Shown here piece by piece: positions 56,601 to 64,000 of a DNA stretch of 64,000 bases; position 1 is the stretch's first letter, and every line of letters begins with the position of its first letter. Source of the DNA: Phoronis australis (Eukaryota > Animalia > Phoronida); contig NMRA01000174.1 in assembly GCA_002633005.1 (NCBI GenBank), positions 530,832 through 594,831 on the forward strand, written 5' to 3'. The notes beneath the pieces were generated by a model. It ran no database searches. It was not told the origin of the DNA and saw only the letters and a list, made by a program, of their open reading frames with translations. Position numbers and translations under genes: made by a program.

Positions 56601-59600
56601 AAAAATCTATTGCATCGAGTCTTTATTTTCAGCTTTTTAATGATTTTAATAATCATTTTTATCCTTATTTACAGCTTTGTAATTTTAATTTCTTTTTTAT
56701 ATAATTATTTTCCCGACTTTCTTTGGAACATGTCTGGATTTGGCTTTTGTGTATTACAAGTTATTCAGGCCAACTTTTTGTAATTTGTGTTTACTTGAAT
56801 TTATTTTATTAATTTTTGTAAACAAACACTTAAGGTTATGTTATAAATAATGAACAAAATTTGTTGAGAAAATCAATGTTCACCCCCCAAAGTCATTTTG
56901 AAACTTTGAAATTTCAAAATTACAAAATTTCGCAATTCATTTCACCTACAAAATTCTTGGATACTACAACATGAATGGACAGTTTTCCAATTGCAAAACA
57001 ACTCTGTTACCTAAGCTTTATGCATGTAAAAATAATGGAGTATTTTCAATCAGTTTTCGCTATTTAGTTATTGTCTATTTCATTAGTAATTTTTTAACAA
57101 CACCAAGATTCTTTGCAGAGTATGTGTATTCCCAGCCGCTAGTTTCTGATATCAGCTACCTTGGTATGTTCTAGAAATGAAGTTAATACGTTTTTCCTGC
57201 TTAGTGATATCTCTGTAATTTTGTTTGGCCTTTTTTATGTTCAGACGATGCCAAAGAGTTCCTGCTGGGTGGTCGTATTGAGGCCAAGCCACGTCACACT
57301 GGTGTGGTCAGTACCACACTACAGTTCACAGCTCAGACAAGCTCGTCCAGGACTCAGGCTCAGATCATGTTGAAACTGATCAAGAAAGGGAGGGATCAGA
57401 TGGGTGGACCAAAAGGCAGGAAGGTGAGGCTAGTGTCAAAATACTGGCAAGTTTTCCTCACACACCATAACACCTGTGGAGAAATAAACTTGCAAGGACA
57501 ACCCGAAGTAATTTTTTTGATGGTGACATTCTGCTCTCGTTGCATGATGGTGCAGTGATGTGGAATGAGGAATGCTAGCTTGCGATATCGGAAAACCAGA
57601 TTCCAAACAAACCTCGTGCTTCTTAGGATGTCCATATGTGTAGCTTTGAGAGCAGTTGTTATTTTTGTCGCTTTGTCTAGTTATTTCATGAACTTGACTG
57701 AGTGAAATCTTTATATGGTTCTGTGCTGATTGCATTATTATGATCACAGTTTTATAACCTAAAATTAAGTAAATCTACTTCTTACTGGAGGGTTTTTTCA
57801 ATGAAAAGTTGTGTTTGATGCGTCATTCTTTGTATTGTGTGTAATACCAAAATAAAGGAAAGTAAGCAAAAACTTGATCTCTGATTATGAAATGTTAAAA
57901 GATGTAGCAGTAGTGAGTGTTCATTCACGATTAAACAAATGTTTGATTACAATTTCCTTCAGATCATTGTGTTCTTTGATGACCTGAATATGCCGGCACC
58001 AGAGCAATATGGTGCCCAGCCTCCTCTTGAACTCCTCCGCCAGTTCTTGGATCACAGTGGCTTCTTTGACACACAGAAACTGGCATGGAAGAACATCATG
58101 GACGTCACTCTGGTGGCTGCATGTGCACCACCTGGTGGTGGCCGCAACCAAATCAGTCCAAGGCTTCTGAAACATTTTTGGTATGTGTTGCAACATAAGT
58201 TCCCGAGTTGTTACCTTCTTCTTTCTTGTTTCTGGTTTTCTGTTATGGGATTCGGTTTGAGTATGGGAAAATAATTATGTGATGTATTTCGATGTTGTGC
58301 TTTGCAACAAAAATATTAGATGTGCTGAGATGCACTTTTAGAATTCATTTTGTACTTAATGCAAGGTATGTTTTGAAACAAGCTGCATGGCTGTTGTGTT
58401 TTCACCATGAATTGTTTTGCTTTCTGTATCTTGATGTACCACTTTCACGGATTACACACACTGTATTGTACTGGTTATTTTTCAAGGTCCATGTCGTTTT
58501 AATGTCACATACTGCCCTGACTGTGTTAATGAATAAAAATTGAATGTGTAGATTTCAAAGAAATGAAGTCTTTTGAAATTTGTCTGTTATTATATTAAGG
58601 TAAAAATTGTGAAGAAGATCAGATTCAATTTTAGAAAAGGAAAAAATAAAGATGATTCTATAGGTAAAAAAGAGCTGAAAGTTTGTTGTTAAGTTTTTGC
58701 AGATGTTTGACAAGAAACTGAGAAAAGATTTTGTCCTATTTTGAAAACTACTGCTTTAGTTGTCATGTTCACTCTGACCTCTCACGACACAGCATCTTGG
58801 CTCTACCCACACCATCGACCCGTTCACTACAGCACATTTACCAAGTCCAACTAGGGCGATTCTTACATGAGGGCGAGTTCATGCCCGACGTCAAGGAGTG
58901 CCTCTTTCCGCTGGTGTCAGCCAGCATCTCCATCTACTATCGTATGTGTACTGGCATGTTACCGACACCAGCCAAGTCACACTACACCTTCAATATCAGA
59001 GATCTATCACAGGTTTGTCTCTTGATTTGTTGCACTCTTGATTTGAATGAGCAAAGTGTTGTTAAGTCTCTGCACTCAAGGCCTGTTTCTAGAAAAGTCT
59101 ATTGGCACTTATCTTTTGGTAAAAAATCAGATGTCTATGGCTGTCTTAAAACGTTTCCTCGAAAATCAGATTATGGCTGATGTTGGAAAATCAACTGAAA
59201 GCCAAAAGATAGAAATCCGAGAGCAGTCGGAAGCCAAAACGATTTTTAGAGTCCTTCATAACCTTAATTTTGCTTGCTCATGTTCTCCACTTTTTACGCA
59301 GGTTGTGACGGGGCTTCTGCAGGCCCACGAAGAAGTTATTGTGAACAAGGAAAACTGTGCGTACCTGTTTGCACACGAAGTGACCCGAGTATTCCACGAC
59401 CGACTGGTGGATAAGCAAGACAGGACAACATTCTTTAACTGTCTCTCAGAAACACTCATGGATTACTTCAAGGTACGTGACTGTGTCCATAGGATTTCAT
59501 CTTAGTTAACTTATATTTTCTTGAAACATATCCTTCTGAAAAAAATTTGCTGGCAATGTATTTGAATCCCAGCACAAAAGCATCGTATGCTTGACCCAAT

Positions 59601-62600
59601 TTCTAATTCTGTTGAGCGAAGAGGAATGGGTTGACAGGGATGAAATGCAGTCCCAAGATTCCTCAACAGACGTTGTGAGTCATTTTGTTAATCATTTGAA
59701 TGTCTCACGGCCCAGCAGTGGCAATCTGACTGCATGATGGTCATAAAGAATTAATAAAAAATGTCAGTAAATATCTCACTGCATTAAAGCCACACAAGAA
59801 TTTCAGAAAGCTGCCCATCAGCCACACTATTGCCATCTAGTGGCAAGACCTATTTCATCATGTAAACACTATCAAATAATGGTTATCAATTTATATCGAA
59901 GATCTAATTTGTTCCTATATTTTCGCAAGGTTTGTGCTTGTTGAGTAGTACCATGCTATTTTTGTCTCTCAGTTTCTCATTGTAATACCAAATGTATATG
60001 TTTTAAGAAATGTTAACACATAAATGTCAAGTGGGTTTCAAATAGTGTTCTTGTTGATGTCTTGATTGTGTTCACCAGCTGGGTTCAACTCGTGAAGAAA
60101 CGGCGGTAGGTTGTGTTTACGACAGAAAGTGTGTCAGAATTGGCCTCGTGTTGTGAATTAACATTGTGTCGTAAGATCACCAAGTAATGAGATTGCACAA
60201 CTCAATAACTTGTTCCCAGTACAGTGTTTTGTTTTAGATGTGTTGTTCCAGGTATTGAATCATTTCAATTTGTTGGTGTTTTAGGGTTTCTTTCATGTAC
60301 ACAATCAAATAGTTATTCTTGTTCTCTTTTTACTTATTTCCTTATATGCCACTATGGTGGTTACAAAATTATGAAGTATTCAAAAATTTCAAATGTTTTA
60401 TTGACTACTCTGGCATGAAAGACATTAATTAAAATAATTCAAACACCAAGTATTTAGCACTGCAAAGCTAAACGCTTATTGTATGATAATGTTGTGTGCG
60501 TGTAAAATGCCTAACTTAGACCGAGATGAGAGTTGCCATGTCTGTTACTGCACTGCTTATTAATAAGATGATGTCATAATACATGCACTGCTTAAGATGA
60601 TGTCACGATATGTGCACTGGTTAAGATGATGTCATGATATGTGCACTTGTTAAGATGATGTCATGACGTGTGCCCTGTCTGCTTATTTGGTTGTCTCGTG
60701 TGAATGTGTTAATAACAGAAAACGAAAAACGCAACTCTGGTTTTGTTCCTGAGGTGTTGAAGTAATAGACACTGTCAATTCTCACAGAGTATTGTTTTTT
60801 ATTATATGGTTAACATATGAGGTAATGCTTCTCCCCGGGGAGGGGGGGGGGGGCTCTCCTGAAAGAGGGGTTATTAGGGTTGTACTGAGTAGGGAGGGTA
60901 AGGATACTGCCATGGGAACATGATTTCTGAGTTGCTGAGATACTGCCTTGAACTGATTGTCAATGTGTGGCAGCACCATCTGTGAAATGTAGGAAGAGAA
61001 CCTTGGGCACTTCTCATTACACTGTTTGCAAAGTTGATAGCGTGCAATTGAAATTTGGAATTTTCATCCTGTGGTATTGTTTGGGGTAAGAGTATTTTAT
61101 TTTTGCCCTGAAACACACAGAACTGGCGTAGTTTTCAGAACTTAAAGTCAAAGTGTGAGAGTGCAAGTTCTTTCTTACTTTCATCAGTTATGATATTTAG
61201 AATTATATTAGTTACAATAAGTAAATTACAAGTGGTGCTGATCTAATGGTTAGTGGTGTTGTTATGGTTACAGGGTACGTGGGATCCTGAGGCACTTCAG
61301 CATAGACCAGTTTTGTTTGGAGACTTCCTTGATATGGACTCTGCTTTGGATAAACGAATCTACCGTCCAATAGCAGAGATGGACAAATTGACTCGATTGC
61401 TAGAGGAATTTAACATGAGGCAACTCAACTTGGGTAACTCACAGGTAAACTTAATATTATGTGTGTATTTCAAAGAATGCTCAAAGTGGTTGATGTCATG
61501 GGGTAATAATAATATACTATTGCCATTCTGGGCTTTGCTATTCAAAATTCATTGGGGGTAATAAAACATTAATCTTCTCAGGAAGGGCCATTAAACTTTT
61601 GTTAAGCTGTGTTTACTTACACAGGACAACTGGGGCAGTTTTATGACTAAGTTCTGTCCACACGCAGACTTGCAGAACAACTTACACATTAAGTGGAGCA
61701 TCCACACATACATATCCGATAACTAGCACTAATGGGAAGTTGTCACTGACAATAAACAGCTGATGCGAACGTACCTCGAAAAAGAAAACCCATCTGTATG
61801 TAACTGCAGGTGATAAGTACTTCCACCTTGCCCCAGGTTTAGGGCCACATAGCGATTACCCTAGAGCAAGTTGCCCTTCCTTGAAAAGTTGGAGTAATTT
61901 GTCACAAGTAGGGCCGCAAGTTGCACTAGTTTAAAAAGAATCCACATAGCCTCCAAACCTAGCGACAACTCGTTCCAGGAATAACTTGTTCTAGGGTGAG
62001 TTTGTGTGTGGATAGCACTTAGGAACTAGGTTCACTTGCACTGACCTTGCTTGCCAATTTCAAAAGGCCTTTTGTGTGTGTGAAGGACTGATTTGCAACC
62101 ATTGGCAAAATTCTAAGCCACCGTGTGGACTAGTTACACCCTCCAAGCCCAAAATGTCATTCAGGTGAACAATGCAAAATTCCTTCCTTATTGGATTGTG
62201 AAAATGTTCACTCTGACTAAACACCAATTCTGTTAACACTTTGTAGTAATTAGCTTACTACCAATTCACTGATTTTTGAATGACTTCATTTCAATACCCT
62301 TGTGTGTTAAACCAAACAGATGTGGCATTGCCCAGAATCAGTTTTTAGATCTATATTAAGCATTGTGTTTTTGCTTTCTTTTTAATATAAATAAATTTTG
62401 ATTGTTAACATGTTGAAACCTCATACATGGCTGATTATGCTTGTGGTATTTTGCAGATACTTAGTTTCAAGAGTGATCGTTGCATTTCATCTCGCCTCGT
62501 AAGCAACACACTAACAAAATAAGTTAGGGTTGTGTTTGTTATGGGAAACAGATTTTTAAAATGAAATTGTGGCATGTTATTGTTTATGTTGTAACAAAAG

Positions 62601-63679
62601 GCTTAGATGAAAAATTCAATTATCCAGAAAATACTTTAATTTATTTTTAAAATTAATGATAGTAGTAAAGAACTTGTTCTGAAATATGATGAAATTTGTG
62701 AAGCTGAAAAAGAACTGTCTTCATGGTACAAAACTGAGTCTTGTTGGTCAATATTGCAGGCATCCCAGGTAGTTTTCTTCAAAGAAGCTGTAGAGCATAT
62801 TGTCCGAGCTGCGAGGGTGTTCAGGCAACCAGGAGGTCACATGTTGCTGGTAAGATATGGGTTGGAGATTACAATGTGTGAGGAATCAAAAACAACTCTC
62901 TAGTGTAGTGAAAGCACAGAAATAACTTCCAATTGATCGTTTTTGCACAAGTCAATTGACCCTTAACTTCCAATTGATCGTTTTTGCACAAGTCAATTGA
63001 CCCTTTACCTACTCAACAAGTTATTGTGTTACTTTAGTAGTATGGTGGATTGATGCTGCAAAAAAATAGCACTACTTGAAATCTTCATTCGTGAACCTAG
63101 TATTTATTGTAGATAGAGTTGAAAGTTTGTCCAACAAACACAAACTGAGTTGTTGTTTTGTGACTCAATAAATTGTCTCTGTGAATCGCAACTGTTATTG
63201 AAATGACATACTGTTTAGAGAGCTTTTAGATAACTATATCATGTGGATCTTGTGGTCATCAATAATGGCTAACATGTAAATTGATTCTGAAACTGTTGTG
63301 TTAGCAGCATAGCAAAATAAATTGACCAGGTATTATGAAATAATGACAATTTGAGATGTCTTCGACAGATTCATTTTGTTAAACTATTGCCTGAATGTTG
63401 CTGCGACTTCTAGCATTTGTCATATAAGCCTCACATCGTGGTATTGCTGAGATACATAGATCATTCATTAACTCCCCTCAGGTGGGCCTTGATGGTACAG
63501 GTAAACAGACCACAGTTGCCCTGTCCAGCCTGATCATGGGTGCACACATGTACACTCTCACCTTGACCCGTGGTTACAATGTGCAGGACTTCCACGATGA
63601 CCTCAAGGATGTGTATAAGATAGCTGGGGTCAAGGGTAAAAATACAGTCTTCATGTTGACTGACAGTGACATAGTCAAG
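8336..63679 (+). CDS. DNAH14: Axonemal dynein heavy chain, DNAH14-like; spliced CDS of 54 exons, 3'-incomplete (about 3142 aa in window)
   Basis: Phase-consistent GT-AG exon chain totalling 9426 nt. Motifs: linker [13 protein letters not shown]; AAA1 [14 protein letters not shown]; AAA2 [14 protein letters not shown]; AAA3 [16 protein letters not shown]; AAA4 [42 protein letters not shown] and GLDGTGK match DNAH14 as I recall it, rather than DNAH6. Confidence 0.85.
8950..9107 (+). CDS. DNAH14: DNAH14-like exon 2
   Basis: ttccag|[12 protein letters not shown]...LTVN|gtaaga, phase 0-2. Confidence 0.75.
10167..10255 (+). CDS. DNAH14: DNAH14-like exon 3
   Basis: ttacag|[12 protein letters not shown]...DIVS|gtaaga, phase 2-1. 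Confidence 0.75.
10787..10948 (+). CDS. DNAH14: DNAH14-like exon 4
   Basis: tttcag|[15 protein letters not shown]...VESE|gtacaa, phase 1-1. Confidence 0.75.
11617..11667. repeat. (GAT)n/(GGT)n microsatellite
   Basis: gatgatgatgatgacgatgatggtggtggtgatgatga. Confidence 0.8.
11755..11850 (+). CDS. DNAH14: DNAH14-like exon 5 (symmetric, could be a cassette exon)
   Basis: ggcag|[31 protein letters not shown]|gtaggt, phase 1-1. Confidence 0.55.
14838..14977 (+). CDS. DNAH14: DNAH14-like exon 6
   Basis: ttgcag|[27 protein letters not shown]...ADLL|gtaagc, phase 1-0; required to restore phase. Confidence 0.8.
17031..17231. mobile_element. MITE with about 65-bp TIRs and TA ends (Tc1/mariner-like)
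   Basis: GTATACACCTTA...AAAAACAATGC is the imperfect reverse complement of GCATTGTTTTTAAA...TAAGGTGTATAC. Confidence 0.75.
17446..17650 (+). mobile_element. tRNA-derived SINE (degenerate)
   Basis: A box TGGCCTAGTG (17455) and B box GGTTTGAGTCC (about 17498), followed by a CCCTTGAG core; no intact cloverleaf. Confidence 0.65.
17951..18121 (+). CDS. DNAH14: DNAH14-like exon 7
   Basis: [19 protein letters not shown]...[11 protein letters not shown]...VTM|gtacgt. Confidence 0.9.
18719..18834 (+). CDS. DNAH14: DNAH14-like exon 8
   Basis: [38 protein letters not shown]|gtgagc, phase 0-2. Confidence 0.88.
19251..19313 (+). CDS. DNAH14: DNAH14-like exon 9
   Basis: [20 protein letters not shown]|gtaagt, phase 2-2. 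Confidence 0.85.
19451..19718 (+). CDS. DNAH14: DNAH14-like exon 10
   Basis: [15 protein letters not shown]...VWESCA|gttagt. Confidence 0.88.
20475..20670 (+). CDS. DNAH14: DNAH14-like exon 11, copy a
   Basis: [11 protein letters not shown]...AAAQPK|gtatgt, phase 0-1. Confidence 0.75.
21304..21499 (+). CDS. DNAH14: DNAH14-like exon 11, copy b (same peptide)
   Basis: Same 196-nt exon with synonymous changes only. Confidence 0.75.
21983..22464. mobile_element. MITE-like element related to 61648-62021
   Basis: Imperfect TIR TAAGTCATGCTCACAC / GTGTGTGACACTTTA; shared ACAAGTT, TTGTTCTAG and CTAGTGCAA motifs. Confidence 0.4.
22507..22682 (+). CDS. DNAH14: DNAH14-like exon 12
   Basis: [27 protein letters not shown]...DAE|gtatga. 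Confidence 0.88.
23719..23792 (+). CDS. DNAH14: DNAH14-like exon 13 (acidic)
   Basis: [24 protein letters not shown]|gtaagt, phase 0-2. Confidence 0.82.
24047..24172. repeat. Short foldback palindrome
   Basis: GTCAAC..AAAACATCTGATTG / CAATCAGATGTCTTTT..GTTGAC. Confidence 0.55.
24452..24463 (+). CDS. DNAH14: Candidate 12-nt microexon (adds KKKS)
   Basis: catag|GAAAAAGAAAAG|gtaagg, phase 2-2, frame-preserving. Confidence 0.55.
25555..25729 (+). CDS. DNAH14: DNAH14-like exon 14
   Basis: [11 protein letters not shown]...PDVDQ|gtatgt, phase 2-0. Confidence 0.82.
26208..26397 (+). CDS. DNAH14: DNAH14-like exon 15
   Basis: [23 protein letters not shown]...HDSE|gtagtg, phase 0-1. Confidence 0.8.
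27115..27244 (+). CDS. DNAH14: DNAH14-like exon 16 (acidic)
   Basis: [18 protein letters not shown]...AMK|gtattc, phase 1-2. Confidence 0.8.
28275..28411 (+). CDS. DNAH14: DNAH14-like exon 17
   Basis: [17 protein letters not shown]...ETIA|gtaggg, phase 2-1. Confidence 0.8.
28690..28910 (+). CDS. DNAH14: DNAH14-like exon 18
   Basis: [11 protein letters not shown]...DFAV|gtaagt. Confidence 0.85.
29326..29839. mobile_element. MITE with about 25-bp TIRs containing a nested MITE (29592-29813)
   Basis: Outer TGCATCTTGGGATAGACCCAAGTAA / TTACTTGGGTCAATCCCAGTATGCA; inner TGCCTTGCATTCAATCAGGAAAGCGCTTTGAA / TTCAAAGCACTTTCCTTATTGAATGCAAGGCA. Confidence 0.7.
29951..30073 (+). CDS. DNAH14: DNAH14-like exon 19
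   Basis: [14 protein letters not shown]...HTEQ|gtaagg. Confidence 0.85.
30562..30735 (+). CDS. DNAH14: DNAH14-like exon 20
   Basis: [18 protein letters not shown]...NIVK|gtacgc. Confidence 0.87.
31141..31359 (+). CDS. DNAH14: DNAH14-like exon 21
   Basis: [20 protein letters not shown]...FQHLK|gtatga. Confidence 0.9.
31850..32041 (+). CDS. DNAH14: DNAH14-like exon 22
   Basis: [17 protein letters not shown]...LQDQ|gtatat. Confidence 0.88.
32356..32444 (+). CDS. DNAH14: DNAH14-like exon 23
   Basis: [19 protein letters not shown]...|gtaagt, phase 0-2. Confidence 0.87.
32614..32843 (+). CDS. DNAH14: DNAH14-like exon 24 (start of linker / DHC_N2 region)
   Basis: [10 protein letters not shown]...[10 protein letters not shown]...LEK|gtaggt. 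Confidence 0.9.
33344..33540 (+). CDS. DNAH14: DNAH14-like exon 25 (linker)
   Basis: [11 protein letters not shown]...[14 protein letters not shown]...EMS|gtaagt. Confidence 0.92.
33808..34047 (+). CDS. DNAH14: DNAH14-like exon 26 (linker)
   Basis: [22 protein letters not shown]...VTPIK|gtttgt. Confidence 0.92.
34319..34440 (+). CDS. DNAH14: DNAH14-like exon 27 (linker)
   Basis: [29 protein letters not shown]. Confidence 0.93.
34863..35034 (+). CDS. DNAH14: DNAH14-like exon 28 (linker)
   Basis: [20 protein letters not shown]...HKCLE|gtatgt. Confidence 0.93.
35442..35546 (+). CDS. DNAH14: DNAH14-like exon 29 (linker)
   Basis: [35 protein letters not shown]. Confidence 0.95.
35860..35978 (+). 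CDS. DNAH14: DNAH14-like exon 30
   Basis: [15 protein letters not shown]...[10 protein letters not shown]|gtatgt. Confidence 0.92.
36480..36554 (+). CDS. DNAH14: DNAH14-like exon 31
   Basis: [24 protein letters not shown]. Confidence 0.92.
37126..37213 (+). CDS. DNAH14: DNAH14-like exon 32
   Basis: [29 protein letters not shown]. Confidence 0.92.
37988..38238 (+). CDS. DNAH14: DNAH14-like exon 33
   Basis: AQIMFNRDV...[10 protein letters not shown]...NFDWT. Confidence 0.93.
38324..38540. repeat. Minisatellite, unit about 37 bp
   Basis: CACATTCACTCCATGACAACCCTYAAYACATTCACAC, about 6 copies. Confidence 0.85.
38826..39057 (+). CDS. DNAH14: DNAH14-like exon 34 (AAA1 Walker A)
   Basis: [22 protein letters not shown]...[16 protein letters not shown]. 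Confidence 0.97.
39530..39583 (+). CDS. DNAH14: DNAH14-like exon 35 (AAA1)
   Basis: [18 protein letters not shown]|gtaagc. Confidence 0.95.
39923..40068 (+). CDS. DNAH14: DNAH14-like exon 36 (AAA1 Walker B)
   Basis: [36 protein letters not shown]. Confidence 0.96.
40884..40952 (+). CDS. DNAH14: DNAH14-like exon 37, copy a
   Basis: [22 protein letters not shown]. Confidence 0.8.
41370..41556 (+). CDS. DNAH14: DNAH14-like exon 38, copy a
   Basis: [25 protein letters not shown]...KQLSQQ. Confidence 0.8.
42024..42237 (+). repeat. 3 x 69-bp tandem repeat of the exon-39 acceptor region
   Basis: Units start at 42024, 42093 and 42162; the array ends at the N. Confidence 0.85.
42685..42753 (+). 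CDS. DNAH14: DNAH14-like exon 37, copy b
   Basis: Same peptide, synonymous differences. Confidence 0.8.
43145..43331 (+). CDS. DNAH14: DNAH14-like exon 38, copy b
   Basis: Same peptide, synonymous differences. Confidence 0.8.
43716..44847. mobile_element. Non-autonomous CACTA/EnSpm-like DNA transposon
   Basis: Ends CACTCAGAAAAAG ... CTTTTTCATAAGGGTG; perfect 36-bp subterminal inverted repeat (43731-43766 / 44769-44804); many GTGAGAAT / ATTCTCAC subterminal repeats; absent from the other copy of this intron. Confidence 0.8.
44973..45224 (+). CDS. DNAH14: DNAH14-like exon 39 (AAA1 lid)
   Basis: [18 protein letters not shown]...DANLPKF...DLFPG. Confidence 0.95.
45623..45850 (+). CDS. DNAH14: DNAH14-like exon 40 (AAA2 Walker A)
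   Basis: [17 protein letters not shown]. Confidence 0.95.
46671..46907 (+). CDS. DNAH14: DNAH14-like exon 41 (AAA2)
   Basis: [28 protein letters not shown]. Confidence 0.94.
47366..47704 (+). CDS. DNAH14: DNAH14-like exon 42 (AAA2)
   Basis: Ser-rich insert, then [34 protein letters not shown]...[14 protein letters not shown]. Confidence 0.94.
48346..48601 (+). CDS. DNAH14: DNAH14-like exon 43
   Basis: [14 protein letters not shown]...GFGQP|gtgagc. Confidence 0.93.
48953..49127 (+). CDS. DNAH14: DNAH14-like exon 44 (Lys-rich insert)
   Basis: [12 protein letters not shown]...[14 protein letters not shown], phase 1-2 required. Confidence 0.85.
49462..49700 (+). CDS. DNAH14: DNAH14-like exon 45 (AAA2 lid)
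   Basis: [16 protein letters not shown]...PPPF|gtaaga. Confidence 0.92.
50244..50519 (+). CDS. DNAH14: DNAH14-like exon 46
   Basis: [16 protein letters not shown]...[12 protein letters not shown]...PVLLT. Confidence 0.93.
50970..51146 (+). CDS. DNAH14: DNAH14-like exon 47 (AAA3 Walker A)
   Basis: [16 protein letters not shown]...TKSETDK|gtaagt, phase 1-1. Confidence 0.93.
52533..52550 (+). CDS. DNAH14: Candidate 18-nt microexon A (KPRKNK)
   Basis: tttttcctcag|AACCAAGAAAAAATAAAG|gtaact, phase 1-1. Confidence 0.6.
53280..53297 (+). CDS. DNAH14: Candidate 18-nt microexon B (DAEKSS)
   Basis: ctcctcttcag|ATGCAGAAAAAAGTTCAG|gtaact, phase 1-1. Confidence 0.6.
54889..55410. mobile_element. TTAA-flanked non-autonomous element (Kolobok/piggyBac-type target)
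   Basis: TTAAGGTTACGCAGGACCCT ... AGGTTCCACACAACCTTAA, an imperfect TIR. Confidence 0.55.
55622..55645 (+). CDS. DNAH14: Candidate 24-nt (or 18-nt from 55628) microexon C (DSDDSEFP)
   Basis: Long TG/T tract, ggttag|ATTCAGATGACTCAGAATTTCCAG|gtagta, phase 1-1. Confidence 0.5.
57119..57163 (+). CDS. DNAH14: Candidate 45-nt cassette exon D ([15 protein letters not shown])
   Basis: ctttgcag|...CTTG|gtatgt, phase 1-1, open frame. Confidence 0.5.
57245..57423 (+). CDS. DNAH14: DNAH14-like exon 48 (AAA3)
   Basis: DAKEFLLGG...[35 protein letters not shown]|gtgagg. Confidence 0.92.
57963..58180 (+). CDS. DNAH14: DNAH14-like exon 49 (AAA3 Walker B)
   Basis: [27 protein letters not shown]...[18 protein letters not shown]. 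Confidence 0.96.
58793..59012 (+). CDS. DNAH14: DNAH14-like exon 50
   Basis: [19 protein letters not shown]. Confidence 0.95.
59302..59472 (+). CDS. DNAH14: DNAH14-like exon 51 (AAA3 lid)
   Basis: [20 protein letters not shown]. Confidence 0.95.
60563..60675. repeat. Minisatellite, unit about 28 bp
   Basis: TAAGATGATGTCAYRATATGTGCACT, about 4 copies. Confidence 0.8.
61274..61444 (+). CDS. DNAH14: DNAH14-like exon 52
   Basis: [22 protein letters not shown]. Confidence 0.93.
61648..62021. mobile_element. MITE with about 24-bp TIRs
   Basis: TAAGTTCTGTCCACACGCAGACT / AGTTTGTGTGTGGATAGCACTTA. Confidence 0.65.
62760..62849 (+). CDS. DNAH14: DNAH14-like exon 53 (AAA4 start)
   Basis: [27 protein letters not shown]|gtaaga. 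Confidence 0.93.
62923..63004. repeat. Perfect 41-bp tandem duplication
   Basis: TAACTTCCAATTGATCGTTTTTGCACAAGTCAATTGACCCT x2. Confidence 0.9.
63482..63679 (+). CDS. DNAH14: DNAH14-like exon 54 (AAA4 Walker A)
   Basis: [16 protein letters not shown]...[10 protein letters not shown]|gtaaac. Confidence 0.94.
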
Positions 63680-64000
63680 GTAAACCACTGCTGCCCCCTA
63701 TTGAGAATTTCATGTCTGTCCATTTAGAATTGGTAGTTTGTTAGAGCTGACTTTGTTTACTGGGTATTATGTCAACCATTACAGGGTATCAAGTGATGGA
63801 GTATTGGTTAACTCTGGGAGTTATGTGATTCTGTATTGTATAAAGATTTAATCATCTTTAAAAAAGTTTCAAATTAGCCTAAGGTTCCTTATTGATACAT
63901 TTTAATTCACTTTTTTAGCCTAGGTATATATTAAAGGAGTTTCCTGAATAAGTTAAATTTCTATTGAAATTATTCTAATTTGTTATCCATAGTGAGCAAT

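Noticed and set aside
164-63727. Remaining short six-frame ORFs, including antisense ORFs over exons
   Set aside because: Intronic or shadow ORFs with low-information composition and no splice or motif support.

Overview
AT-rich, intron-rich eukaryotic (invertebrate animal) genomic DNA; nothing prokaryotic is present. Most of the window (about 8.3-63.7 kb, + strand, continuing past the end) is one axonemal dynein heavy chain gene that best matches the DNAH14 subfamily. I traced 54 GT-AG exons by eye with consistent splice phases: 9426 nt, about 3142 aa, covering tail, linker, AAA1-AAA3 and the start of AAA4. Head-to-head with it is a small minus-strand gene encoding a 72-aa Cys-rich membrane microprotein. 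Two internal duplications (20.2-21.9 kb, 40.4-45.0 kb) are each joined by a single N and differ only synonymously in exons, so they are probably two alleles assembled in tandem. The most interesting signal is a set of frame-preserving microexon candidates: a cluster of 18/18/24(18)/45-nt (and possibly 42-nt) phase-1 exons in a 6.1-kb intron within an AAA3 loop insertion, plus 12-nt and 9-nt candidates in the tail. Introns also carry an RTE LINE fragment, a tRNA-derived SINE, several MITEs, a CACTA-like element and minisatellites. Family assignments rest on recalled motifs, not database searches.
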